From Grus americana (taxonomy: Eukaryota): a stretch of DNA of 64,000 nt. The notes under the pieces were generated by a model. It was given only the letters and a program-made list of their open reading frames with translations, searched no databases and was not told where the DNA came from. The stretch spans positions 200,388,471 through 200,452,470 of the forward strand of contig NC_072852.1 in assembly GCF_028858705.1 (NCBI RefSeq). Direction: 5' to 3'. The translations under genes were made by a program, and so were the position numbers. The stretch's first letter is position 1; every line of letters begins with the position of its first letter. Shown here one piece after another: positions 12,057 to 23,905 of this stretch.

Positions 12057-13841
12057 GTATAAGTGTTTGTCTAATCAGACAATTCTGTTAACTCTTTAAA
12101 AGAAAATTAATGTGGATTTTTGCTTTTATTGAAAAGAGTGCATCACCACCTCAAAAGTAGGTAGAGAATAGTGGTAATGGACTTGAGTATATGGATAAAT
12201 ACCTCCTCGGGTGAGGTTCTGGAGGAAGCCGTGATGAGACCATTCTGGTCTTCTGGTCAAGTCTGGTGGTTCAGGGCATACCGGAAGCTATGTTCTGTAA
12301 TCCAAAATGGCATTCATCAATCCAAAAATAGCATTCATCGTCAATGTTCTCCAAGCTGCGGATTGATTAGATGACTGTGTTGATAGCATCAGAATTGCTG
12401 TGTCTCTTCAGAACCTTCTATTATCAGGATCTGTAATCGTATGGGCAATGCTGTAGCAGGTGTTCCTTGTTCACAGTCAGGAGCAAATGCTGTTGGCAGC
12501 TCTGCCCCTTCCTAATGAATAATCACATACAGAAAGTAACTGGAGGGTACTTTTTGACACCTGACAGCTCAAACACCCATTGTGTTATCTGTTAGAGGAG
12601 TACGTTCAGAACTGAAGCCCTTGCTGGTTTTATTGTGGTAATCTTTCTGGTGTGCTAGGAGAGACATGGGAAGTCTGCCCATCAGTTCCTGTTAAAAGGT
12701 TATAGTAGTCTTCCTTTATTCCTTGCAAGGCACAACTAATAATGTTGTCTAGATCCTGGGGGGGGGAGGTGGAAATCCTTTGTAAATCTACAGAGATGAA
12801 ATAGGAGAGAAAGTGCAAGTATTATGCCAGTTGCAGTGATTCTTCAGTTGTAGCTTCTTGCTGACACATGAAGCAATGACATATCTGAGGGAGCTGGCTT
12901 ATGCTGATTCTTTTCATAAATGTACTGCTTTTAGTTTCTACTGCACTTAAGAAACGTAGGTGTCCTGTACAACTTGACCTCATATATGACACTTAAACTG
13001 TACGTCAGTTTCACTGTCCATATTAACTATTGCACCTATCTGAGTAGGAAAGCTTGCTAGAACACCTGCAGCAGCACCTCCTAGTGACAGAAGCAACTCT
13101 GAGACAATGACGGCACTAGAAGATTCTTCTAGGACTTTTATGGTAGTAAGTTCTATATCTCGATTTGATTTTTAAGGGGGAAGGGAAAACCCAAAATAAA
13201 ACAATAGTTACTTGTACTTAAATAAGGATGACTGGTGAAGCTGTTGACTCAACTGCGATGTTCTTTTATTGTCATACCAGAAAATGGGTATGTAGTAGTC
13301 AATGCAGAATGTTTTACCTGTGTCCAGTAGTTGCATCGTTCTTTGGCTGAGGAAAATAAAACAATCATCTCCTGCTCCCTTGAATTTTGAAAAATGTTTT
13401 ACCTTTTGAGGGAGGGGAAAAAGGTGGATGTTTATATGCTCCATGTAGGGCAACCATGCAAGAATCTTGTACATAGTTGAATTAATTCTTGCATTAATCG
13501 CTGTAGGTAGCATTCAGGCTTTATGAAACTTCATCAATTGCTTCATACCTTGATACGGATGACTTAAGGCAGTCGAGCACCATGTTACAACACACCACTG
13601 AATTCTGCTTGAGGCCAGACTACAGCTGATCAACCAATTGTTGCCAAGCCTCAGTCTGTTTTACCACTTGAATTATACTAGGAGTTGCATAAAACCCAGA
13701 TCGTGTTTATACCTTCCTATACTGTCTTCCTCCCCTGATGCTCCTTGTTTCCTAAAATACCTGTCAGCCTAGGAAAAGAAACCTATCTATAAAGACAAAG
13801 ATTGATCTGAGATGATGCCTTGATTATTGTTGCCATTTCAG

Positions 13842-13940
13842 GACACCTCTCCTAACGAAGCTCATGTGTCACTGCCGTCTGGACCTGCATATACAGACAG
13901 TGAAGAGATACAGAGAGAAACTGCATATCCTGATGGAAAG
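13842..13940 (+). CDS. CENPJ: CENPJ/CPAP coding exon (DTSPNEAHVSLPSGPAYTDSEEIQRETAYPDGK)
   Basis: Frame fixed by YPDGK (human ...ISHPDGK) and donor AAG|GTAAAA at 13941. Textbook acceptor ttgttgccatttcag|GAC at 13841 (phase 0). An alternative acceptor 19 nt downstream (cgaag|CT, exon start 13861, phase 1) would reconcile the phase with the previous exon. Confidence 0.65.
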
Positions 13941-14050
13941 GTAAAACGAGAGCTCGGCACTCAAAATTCCACAAGACAGCTGTTGTGAAAGAGGAATGAG
14001 TATGTGAGCGCAATGGCTCAATACTGACCTCTCTGTAATTTATTCATTAG

Positions 14051-14191
14051 GTTGAAAAGGTTTTGAAAAATGGTTGTCACCTCATATTTTTCCCCAATGG
14101 GACATGGAAAAAAGTGGGTTCTGATGGGAAGACCGTAACTATAACCTTCTTCAATGGGGATGTGAAGCAGGTTATGCCTGATCAAACAGTG
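14051..14191 (+). CDS. CENPJ: CENPJ/CPAP TCP10 C-terminal (G-box) exon ([47 protein letters not shown])
   Basis: Acceptor ttcattag|GTT and donor GTG|GTATGT. Near-identical to human [47 protein letters not shown]. Confidence 0.92.
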
Positions 14192-14286
14192 GTATGTATC
14201 CTACATCTGCACTTTTCTTTAAATACTTACGTGTACACACATAAAATTTCTCACTAGTTTTGTTCACTCTGAACTGTTTTCTGCAG

Positions 14287-14371
14287 ATTTATTACTATGC
14301 TGATGCTAAGACTACACATACTACATACTCTGATGGCTTAGAAATCTTGCAATTTTCAAATGGACAAATAG
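14287..14371 (+). CDS. CENPJ: CENPJ/CPAP G-box exon ([30 protein letters not shown])
   Basis: Acceptor ttttctgcag|ATT and donor G|GTAAAG (phase 1). Matches human [29 protein letters not shown]. Confidence 0.92.
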
Positions 14372-14470
14372 GTAAAGAAATCATCCAACCCAACCAACCC
14401 TCAAAATTGCTGCCCATATTTATATACCTGCATTTACATAATAAGCATATTGTCTCAAAATATGTTTCAG

Positions 14471-14591
14471 AGAAGCATTATCCTGATGGCAAGAAAGAAA
14501 TTACCTTCCCTGATCAAACTATTAAAAATTTATTTACGGATGGGCAAGAAGAAAGTATCTTTCCGGACGGTACTATCGTTCGTACTCAGCG
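14471..14591 (+). CDS. CENPJ: CENPJ/CPAP G-box exon ([41 protein letters not shown])
   Basis: Acceptor tgtttcag|AG completes Glu. Donor is CG|GTAAGC (phase 2). Matches human [41 protein letters not shown]. Confidence 0.92.
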
Positions 14592-14899
14592 GTAAGCTGT
14601 ACCTTTTCTGGTTCCCTGGCCTGTTGATGGGAAAGGAGCAGTTAGGGCTCACAACCCAACATCTATTTCTAGAAGTTTATATTTGCATATATTGTACTGT
14701 GACCATGTATTTACTGGTTGAAATTTTGATATTTAACAAAACAGGCTTTTCACAAATACTGTATTGTTTTAAAGTTCTTCCTTCATTCAGGCTTGCATGT
14801 TTAATGTTTGTTCTGAAATTAAGCCTATGTATAGTCCCTACAATGGTGTGGTTTGTTGTGGTTTTTTTTTAAATTTCTATATCCATTTATTTAATGCAG

Positions 14900-15092
14900 A
14901 GATGGAAGCAAAACTATAGAGTTCAATAATGGCCAGAGAGAACTACACACATCACAGTTCAAGAGACGGGAGTATCCGGATGGTACTGTCAAGACTGTGT
15001 ACATGAATGGACAGCAGGAAACAAAGTATGTCTCAGGGAGAGTAAGAGTAAAGGACAAGGATGGTAACATTATCATGGATACTAAGTTGTAG
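14900..15092 (+). CDS. CENPJ: CENPJ/CPAP terminal coding exon incl. stop ([64 protein letters not shown])
   Basis: Acceptor ttaatgcag|A completes Arg. Near-identical to the human C-terminus [66 protein letters not shown] stop at 15090-15092. Confidence 0.92.
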
Positions 15093-15207
15093 GTAGCATC
15101 AAAACTGTTGGAATTGTTAGCACATCAGCAAAAAATAATGTACATTCCTGTAAACAAGAGAAACCCCTTTAAGCTTGTTGTGTATATGTTGTTTATAATT
15201 TTTCTAA

Positions 15208-15213
15208 AATAAA
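15208..15213 (+). promoter_or_regulatory. CENPJ: candidate CENPJ polyadenylation signal (AATAAA)
   Basis: AATAAA lies ~115 nt downstream of the CENPJ stop and is followed by a T-rich stretch. Other signals further downstream cannot be excluded. Confidence 0.3.
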
Positions 15214-17619
15214 TTTATTTTTCAGTGGGTGTTAATACATCAGAGCTTTTTCTATTTTTTCCCCATTTCTACTTTTAAGCAGCAGTTTATCGATTGAGTG
15301 TTCTGTCTCGTGTTGTTTAAAGGGTGGGTTTTTTAAAATCCTCAGCTGTCAGTGAAAATTCAAACAAACAGCTGTAAATTACCTTTTTTTTAGACATCTA
15401 AGAAAAAAGATTCTTCAATCCAAGGTACAAAGTTGTGCTGTAGGAACCCTGCTGTGAAATACAGCGGGTGGCCAGATTTAACAGTCTGGCTATCACTTTA
15501 CTTATTGCTTAAGAGTAAACAAATGGTAGTATTCCTTTTCAGTTAGCCTTAGGCTATTCTTCTTCCCTATCTTATTTCTTCTTCATCTCACAGTTCGGAG
15601 GCAACAGCATTAGCAGACCCCAGTCTGTTCTGTAAACTGCTCTTCTATCGTCCTAAGGCTAGGACAGGTGAGGATGTGGGGCCGGTTAATGCTCTAAACT
15701 ACTTAGAAATGTTGGAGGAAATACCAGAAATCAACAAAGGTCAGGTCATCCAATTCTTCCACCTAAGAGGCATTTTTAAGCTGACTTTAGAAGTTTTTTT
15801 AAAATTCTGCAGTATCGACAAGCAAAGTAGTACAGCTAGAGTGTCTGTTCTAACTCTCTGCTCTAGTGGATGCTGAAAAGTGTGTGTCATTCTCTTGCAC
15901 AGTAGAAGTTACTCGCTTTCTTCCCCTTGCCGCCCTCTCCCCACCTCTTTCTCCTCAGTGAAAGCAAGCTCTGTAGTTACTGGGCCTATGCCCTTGTTTA
16001 CTCAAGGGGTAAATCAACTTCCAGTGGTGGGAACTATGCTCGCTCACAACTGGAAGTTGCTTGGTGGGGTGGATAGCAGGTCCTGACAATCTTAAACAGC
16101 CCTTATGTTATTCAGGGCTAAGTCCTTCTCATTACGATTGATAAGCAAGGGGTTTGTTTGTTTTTTTTTTTTTTAATGAAAATAAGGAAGTAAATGTGTT
16201 TTGAAGATGGCACATGACAGCTCTATAGGATATCTGGAACAGCATATAGCATGTGTTTGACTAGTACCAGAGCACATACTAAAACTGTGAAAAGATCCTT
16301 CTGCTGCTAGTATAGACAGGTGAGCTACCCTTGCATCACACCTCAGCAACACAGCTGAGGTAAGATTGTACACTTGCTTTCACGTGATCTTGAAGGAAGA
16401 GACATACATAAGGGGTATGTGAGTACATGTGCAAACATGGGAACAAACTGAAACACAGGAGGCTCCCTCTGACCACCAAGAAACACTTTTTTACTGTGAA
16501 GGTGACTGAGTACTGGAACTGGATGCCCAGAGAAGTTGTGGAGTCTTCATTGTGTATGTTTTTTCCTTGATAATCTAGACTAAATTCTCCAGGGGTAGAC
16601 TGAAAGGGCCTGAGCTTTAAATGTAAAGAATATACTATGCTAGTACAATGGAGACATCCAAAGAAACCTTACATACTAGCAGTGAAGGAAAACAAGCTTT
16701 CAGATGCATGCTGAGCAAGGTCCTGTTTATTCCAACACTTTCAAATGAACACTGCAGCTCCAGGAGTAGGAAGGAGGTGCAAGGACACCCAAACAATCCA
16801 TCTCATCATGACTGAAACCAGAACACACAGCAGCAATGCAAACAAGTTCCAGAACAAAGACAGTAGCACTCCCCCACCCCCAACTGTTCGCTCCCGATTC
16901 CAGACTCTGGTACTGGAGAAGTCTGTCACCAAATATGCCTGAAACATAAACGAGTTACATCACACTAATAAAACGATCATCTTCCCTTCAAGTCTTCTAA
17001 CAAGATACTAGAACAAGTGTGCCCAGCATCAGCTTCTTACCCATTTATTTACTACTATACATTCATTCCACCTACTCTTATGAAAATGGTATCACAGAAC
17101 AATAGCTAAGGCTCTAAGGTGCAGAGATGGACTTGTCAATATATAGTTTCACTATTTCAAGATTAAACAGTGTTCTGAACATTATCTATAAACATCGATT
17201 AGAAGAGTGCTTATTAAATGGGAAGGAAAACAACTACTTAACAGAGTTGGCCAAGAAATTTGAAAATCCAAGCCTCCAGTATTTGCTACAGACAACACAT
17301 ACTGTAAAGCTTTTAATTTAAAATATTCCTTGTTTGACTTTTAGATGCATGGACATCCATATGTTATCATGGATCTGTCTGAGAACCACTGGCACAGGAC
17401 ATTCAAATGCTGAAAATGAAGAAAAACAATTACTTTTGGTTGTTTGGGCAGAGTACGCTGCCACACATCAAGTTACCTTCTTGAGTTACTAGCAGCAAAA
17501 GCTCTTTCTGTTATATTGCCTTAGGGCTCTTTGTTTCAGTACCTGCTAGTTCTTAAAGCTATACTGTGGGCTTCGGTAACATGCACGTAAAGAAATTCAA
17601 TTTTTTAACAGCTTTTAAT

Positions 17620-17625
17620 TTTATT
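17620..17625 (-). promoter_or_regulatory. RNF17: candidate RNF17-like polyadenylation signal (AATAAA on minus strand)
   Basis: Plus-strand TTTATT lies ~570 nt downstream (minus sense) of the stop at 18196. No other obvious signal in 17400-18196. Confidence 0.25.
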
Positions 17626-18110
17626 AAAAGAGTGGAAGTGTGGGCAGAAGGGATTTTTTTTTTAAATAAATTCTAGTTGTCAACATTACTGACAGTTCAG
17701 ACTTTGCTTAAAACTTCTGAAATCATACCTTCACAATGGTATGAATTTCTAGTTCATATTCACTGTACTTACATGTCACTCATCCAAATCTGCAAGTCCC
17801 ATTTCTATGAGTTTCATATGAACTAGATTTTTATCATCTTCATACAAAGAAATGGTGACCTCTGGTGAAAGAGCCTGAAAACCAGAAGTTGACAGAGCTT
17901 TGACAGTAACAGATTAAATCTCAAGCTAACTAACAGTAAAAGTTATTTTACTGGCTATACTCACTGCCTAAATGGAACTGTGATTATACGAAGAATATTT
18001 CTCTTTTTAAGTAAAGGAAACTGGTTTTAAACTAACAGGAATGCTCAGAAACTTTTTTTTTTGCAGGATAAAGAAGAATGCCACATGATTTTCTCTCTTC
18101 ATCAGCATTC

Positions 18111-18146
18111 CTTCATGGTAAATGGTTCAGAATGGTTCAGAATGGT
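18111..18146. repeat. 10-bp tandem repeat (aatggttcag) x3
   Basis: aatggttcagaatggttcagaatggttcac, in the convergent 3'-UTR zone. Confidence 0.8.
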
Positions 18147-18195
18147 TCACAGTAAAACAAATACTCAGAAATTACTCAGAGTGCTATTAAGAATT

Positions 18196-18430
18196 TTAGG
18201 CTGAGCAAGAACTAGGAGAAAAAAGGAAAGTGTTCCTCACAAGTATGGAAGCAGAAAGCTGTTTTCCTTCAACGCACTCCATCATAGCCCACAATGCTTC
18301 CACGCTCCATTCTGGGGAATAAGGAATTCTTTTCACATTTTTGTCATATAAAGCAGGTTTAAATCCAGCCAACAGAGCTCGCACTGCCTGAACAGGATAC
18401 TTCAGCAGATGGTAAGGTATGTGACGCAAT
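18196..18430 (-). CDS. RNF17: RNF17/TDRD4-like terminal coding exon incl. stop (Tudor-5 C-terminal part: [59 protein letters not shown]...SCSA*)
   Basis: Minus-strand acceptor ...tttttgttttag|A (plus 18431-32 = ct) completes the Arg codon left by exon 19743. The sequence fits the Tudor C-terminal consensus (LP.qA..C.Lag..P....W...A...f). TAA stop at 18196-18198. Confidence 0.7.
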
Positions 18431-19742
18431 CTAAAACAAAAATGAAAAACGTTTGTCTGCAACAATCTACCTGTCAAGCTAAACTGTCAGTGTGGACATA
18501 AGGAGAGCTTCATGGGTCACGCAGCAGATTTGCAACGTGCAACCTGGGTTCAGAGTCCCTGCTCTACAGTAACATGCTGGTGTCAGACCCAACAATTCAT
18601 CGGGGAGGGCCGGGCCCTCTGAAGGCTTCAGCACAGTGCCGATGGAGAGGCAGGTCGGGATCATACAGGCACACTGGGGACCCAGTAAAATGCCTGGGGA
18701 GGAGAATCGAGTGCCCAATACTGATTTGAGCAGAGGAATGCAAGTGCAAGTCAGCACAATGCAGGCTTCACATCTGGTACATCTGAAAATGACACAGACC
18801 TTTGTGTTTGGTCCGAAGTGCTTCACACCTGGATGTGCTCTAGACACACTACTGGAAATAGATACCTTAGTTTTATACGATCATCTCCCCATTCTTCTAG
18901 CTTTCTATCCCAGAAGCAAGGGAATGGGGAAGCAGAGCAGGAAGTGCAACCTTGAAATAAAACACACGCTCTCTCCTACAACCCTAATAGTCCGTGAAGC
19001 AGGACATCTGTTCAAATCCCCATTTTGCCTCATCTTCAGCAAGACCTGTAGATTCCCCAATGAGCTCAAGAGCAAGTCAATGTGATTAAGCAGTGTACCT
19101 ATAAAGCGAAAGTGCTTCAAGAGAGAAGATTCAGACAAACTTAGGAGATGCTAAAAGCCTGGGGTGCTTGAGACATACATCTGTGTGTCAGCACAGGAGC
19201 AGTTCCTGGAGCACCTCAGCACCAGGCGGAACAGGGATTTCAACTTCCATTTTCCACACAAGCAGAGTGGGCAGCGTCCCCCTCAGATACTCCCTTAATC
19301 TTATTCCCCAGCTGTCTTCTGTGCAGATTGCAGTCGCACAGGATCAGAGGATTTGTTTGTACACCTGCAGGGCTCAGTCCCTATTTTGTGTAAGCTTCTT
19401 GGGTGCAGAAGCAGATTATAAACCTGAGCCTACTTCACAGGTTAAGTAACCTCAAGATGTTGGAGAAATCTGATATTATAACAATGGGCTTCTCAGAACA
19501 ACCTGAAAAAGAGAAGCAGGTGCACAACCCCATACCCTGCAGACAGAAATTATTTAACCAGCCAACCTACTTTCTCTCCAACTGAAATCTAATGCTAAAT
19601 GATTATAAACAATATATCTGTAGTTATATAAAAATAAATAATATCAAATGTAAAAACACATTTGTAAGTACATGTTTTACAAGTACATACATACATACAC
19701 ACATAGACATTTTACATGCATTTTTTTTTCTTATGTATTTAC

Positions 19743-19878
19743 CTGCTTGTTGGCACAACTGAAAAACTACCATAGTCAACAAACTGAACCAGGACCTTAA
19801 CAGGGTCAAATTCTGCAATGGAGAGGAGCTTTGCTCTATACCATACACCATCCTGGTATTCTACAAGGCAAGGCGTTC
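19743..19878 (-). CDS. RNF17: RNF17-like Tudor-5 core exon (G-TPCLVEYQDGVWYRAKLLSIAEFDPVKVLVQFVDYGSFSVVPTS-R)
   Basis: Canonical Tudor core (G.pC.a.y..DG.WYRA...V.FvDYG). Acceptor ttttacag|GA and donor AG|GTAAAT on the minus strand. Phases join to exons 20886 and 18430. Confidence 0.8.
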
Positions 19879-20682
19879 CTGTAAAAGAAAAAACAAAAAA
19901 CAAACAGCACCATTAAACACCCCAAAATATACTCACAGCGCAGTTCAAACTAACTGAACTTGAAAATCCATTTTACTTTGTGATCGAGATTAAGTTTTTT
20001 CTTTTGTTAATTCATGCTACTATTTTGTTCTGTGCATCCTCCAATTCACAATCATTAATATGCATTTTAAGTCAAGTTTCTCTACCTCACACAGCAATTA
20101 ACAGAAAATTGCATTGTAAAGATAGTGATCCAAGCTGTTTACCATTTAAACTTTTCAACTTCGATTCATTTGCACATTTCAGTTAGTAAACAGATCGATC
20201 TGTAAGAGAACAGACAATAGTCTGGAGGACACAAGGCAGATGCTGCCTCAAATCTCAACCAGTATTTTACTAGTTGGTAGAACCAAGCACTGGCAATAAC
20301 TGGTTTCTTCACAAAGTTCTAGACCCACATACTTTATGTTATTTTAGGCCCAACAGCTGCGGACAAGAGAATTATAGCCCCTCTTTTGCCTAAACAGAGA
20401 AATCCAGAATTAAAATTATGTTCTTCAGGGTTCACACAATTTTGAACTCTTGGTAATATAATTTTCTGTATGTAACTTGTATCTTTTGAATATTTAATAG
20501 CAAGATTTTCACAGTTACAGCTTCAGTGACAGTCACCTTATGGGAAAAAGTTTTATTTTTGCCATATGCAATCTAAACTCAGTTCATCAACTTTAGCAGG
20601 CATCAGAACTCTTGAGTTCTTTCCATCATTTTCCAGCAGAGCAGTATGACACAGAAATCTCAACTTCATGAAAAGTAAAAAC

Positions 20683-20752
20683 ATATGATTATAGCGTATC
20701 ATATGATTATAGCGTATCATATGATTATAGCGTATCATATGATTATAGTGTA
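20683..20752. repeat. 18-bp minisatellite (atatgattatagcgtatc) x ~3.8
   Basis: Perfect copies at 20683-20700, 20701-20718 and 20719-20736, plus a diverged partial copy. Confidence 0.85.
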
Positions 20753-20885
20753 GTGTTACTCCTTACTCTCCAAAAGTTTTATTTAGAGATACACAGAAAT
20801 ATAATTATTCCTGTTCTTCAAAAGGAATTTCAAGCTTTTTGTACATCTACATGAAACAACTGGGAAAATAAACACATCAATATAC

Positions 20886-21009
20886 CTGTTTGGAAGTGTG
20901 TTAGAAGAGGAAAAGTCTCCACACTTTTATTGCACCATTTCAGGGCTTCATCGAGGCTCTCCAAGTCAGAGCTGGCATCTCCTTTTGTGGTAGACTGCTG
21001 CATAAGGTT
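20886..21009 (-). CDS. RNF17: RNF17-like Tudor-5 linker exon (NLMQQSTTKGDASSDLESLDEALKWCNKSVETFPLLTHFQT-G)
   Basis: Minus-strand acceptor ccttgatccttctaag|AAC and donor ACAG|GTATAT. The phase-1 end plus GA of exon 19878 gives Gly preceding the Tudor core. Confidence 0.65.
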
Positions 21010-22224
21010 CTTAGAAGGATCAAGGCAAATATATACCTACTCAAAGAAAAGGCTCTCATATTACAATTTTTGCAGATGACTTAGAACATTCAAAATTCCA
21101 TCAGTGATGATCAAGGATTATTAGAGGATTACTTGTTCCCATCTTCAAAAGGTTCAGCACATCCTTGCTGTCCTTTCTTCTTTCCTCAATTTATGAATAC
21201 TTTCATATTTACACATTATTTTCCCAAAAGCAGAAGACGGTCATGATTTATTAACACCACACTTCAATGTTACAAAGTAATAATGAGAGGAACGCATATA
21301 CTAGAGAACATACCCATATAAGATTTCACAGCTGCGACTTATTAAGATTCCTCCCTCCTGGTACTTGGTAAATAATCTCACTTCATAATATCAAACAAAA
21401 GATTAATTTTAAAGTTAATGAAAGAAGAACTTTTGAAATGGTTTTGTTTGCTATGCAAAGACATTCCATCCACCTCATTTATAAATGGGTCATCAGTATA
21501 ATGCTGTAGGTCAAGGAAATGAAAGTTTAAACAACACGCATAGGTGAATTAAGTAAAACCTCTTATTTGGTTTACAGGTTTTCCAAAACAATGAACACCA
21601 GCACTTCAATATAAATCAATCCACTTTTAGATGATGTTAGATTTTGTAACACAATCAGCTTCTCACTGCTTCCTGTTCTCCTATGTCATCATTCCACATT
21701 CAAAGTCCACATAGGAATCTTTTATTTGATCAATGAACATTACATTCACTTTTTGCCTGGGAGACTACTAGAGGGAAGTTGTGTGGGTTTACACAAAAAT
21801 CAATGATCAATCACTGACCAAAGACAGTAAAAAACAACTGTAAGAGCCAGAAAATGTTCACATTACTATACAATGTTCCAGTAATTTAATTTTTGGAGAA
21901 TAAAGAGATAAATAATTATTGTTCCACCAAGTTAAAATCCAATGATGTATTTTCTTATTATACAAGTACCAGACTGCAGTACTGTAATTCTTAAAATTGG
22001 TCAGTATTTATTTCTCTGTCCCCACCCAAGAGGGTATTTCAAGTAAGAGTTCATTCAGATAGTTGCACTGCACAACCATCAGCAGCAATAACTCCATAGC
22101 ATTTTGCAACCTTACTAATACTTTATATTATCTAAAATTGTTAGCTGTGACTTCCTTTTCACCAGCACGATAGGACTGCAACATTTCCTGTCTGCAACAT
22201 CTACAAGATGTTTACAAAACATAC

Positions 22225-22335
22225 CTCTTTAGGGGACACCAGATGGGTAACTCTGACAGCAAAGGTATCTCCTGGAATAGGTAGCTGTGGCAACATGTAT
22301 GAAGGCAAAACAGGAACGTCTCTTTCATGTAGCTC
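22225..22335 (-). CDS. RNF17: RNF17-like Tudor-5 N-terminal exon (ELHERDVPVLPSYMLPQLPIPGDTFAVRVTHLVSPKE)
   Basis: Typical pre-Tudor segment (lp.G..f.v.VthlvSP). Acceptor tctgtcttggtctag|GAG and donor GAG|GTATGT on the minus strand, phase 0 to 0. Confidence 0.7.
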
Positions 22336-23905
22336 CTAGACCAAGACAGACTTCAGTTAAGCATGAATATTTAGTAGCTCTGGTATGATTTCTGGCTCAA
22401 AGGAGTGTGTCCTTTATGAAAAAAAATATTAATCAACATTTCCTGTCGATACTTACTAGGTTTTTAAAAAAGCTTTAGCTAAAAGGTAACGGAACAGAAC
22501 TAGTTAATTTACATTTTTAAAATATAAAGAATGTATCTTTGAAGTAGTCCTAACATACTTTCTAACTTGATTGTTGTTAATTCAAAAATGCATTGAATAT
22601 GGAATACCCTTTAAAGAGAGGTAATATTTAGAAAGAAAAACTAATAGCAATTAATTGGCACAGGTCAACCTGAATGCCATGCCCAATGTTACTGCAGTTT
22701 GCCAGAGCAAGTTATCCATAAGAGAAAGGCAAAGGGTAATTTAACTCCTTAGACACCAGAATTATCACTCCTTCAAAACCTAACAGATTTTGCAAAGTAC
22801 AGATACATACTGTGTCAGTAGGATAGCATGCTTCAGTGTTGTCTTCTAGAACCATGTATTTTACAGTTTGAGTTCTACATGCCATTAACTCATTTGCTCA
22901 TGACAAAATAATCTCTGGTGCATTAAATTATGCCTTTTTAAGGATGTATATATAGCAGGTAGCTCAGCTGGATCATAGGTCATGAATATAACTCCTATTC
23001 TCTCTTATAATTTAATATGATACATTACATACAATTTCTCTAAAATACATTTTATTTTTGCACATCTACTTGATGAACAGTTTTCATTATGCCCAGAACA
23101 AAACCAAAAGTGGAAGCAACCAGGCATATATAACTGCAAAACAAAACAATAAATTCTGACCCTTTCTTCCCCCTGCATGATCTGACATAGAATACAGTAC
23201 AAAAAACCGATTATGTTCCTCAGACTTAAGTAGGAAAAAAACAGCTTTTCCATTGAAAGTATATACTCCTAAGACTAAACAAAAATTAAAATCTAACTTG
23301 ATAAACACTAGTAAAGATCTAGATCATAGATACACACAAACTACAGGTCAGATTTCTGCAAAACAATCAGGAACATTGTGCCAGGCCACCTGACTACACC
23401 TGGCTCTAAAGATTCAACTTAAATTGCAGCTCATACCCAGCTGAGCGCTGTACGTAGCTCAGCTGGGTATCTCAGTCAGCTCTTGTGCCCGTCTTTGAAA
23501 GAAAAATGGCATTCACATTTTTGTTATTAACATTAACAGTCTTTTCTTATTGTCAGTAGATTGGTTACTGCTAGATCTACCACACTTAGGCTGTCCAGCT
23601 GTAAATACTGATACTAAAAACATGTTCTACCAAGACATCTTTAGGAGTTACCTATTTCAAATAGTTGTCCCCCATCCTTTCTGCCTTTGTACCTATTTTT
23701 AAAAAATCCAAAAATGGCTTACATTCATTACATCTGTAAAGCCATAGCAGAAATTGCATATTTTAAATATATAATTTACACATCACACCATACTGTATAC
23801 TTAATAAAGCAATGCAAGAGTTCTTTTCAGCGTGAAGAATTTAATCCAAACTAAATAAATGGTAGGCTGCTGTGCAGTGTATTACGTGTGACACAGCAGG
23901 TCGAG

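Noticed and set aside
12171-12374. 67-aa ORF between CENPJ exons considered as a missing exon to fix the phase conflict
   Set aside because: No similarity to the human segment ([20 protein letters not shown]). Candidate splice sites around 12140-12160 give wrong phases. An alternative acceptor at 13861 or exon skipping explains the frame more simply.
16741-16947. Overlapping 65-68-aa ORFs on both strands between the two gene ends
   Set aside because: They lie in the inter-gene 3'-UTR interval with no splice or motif support. Adjacent to a CR1-like fragment (about 16465..16560), so probably repeat-derived.
18960-19040. tRNA T-arm-like motif (ctgttcaaatcc) suggesting a tRNA gene or SINE
   Set aside because: No cloverleaf can be drawn: there is no acceptor stem, D-arm or anticodon arm pairing around it. 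It is an isolated motif in the GC-rich block.
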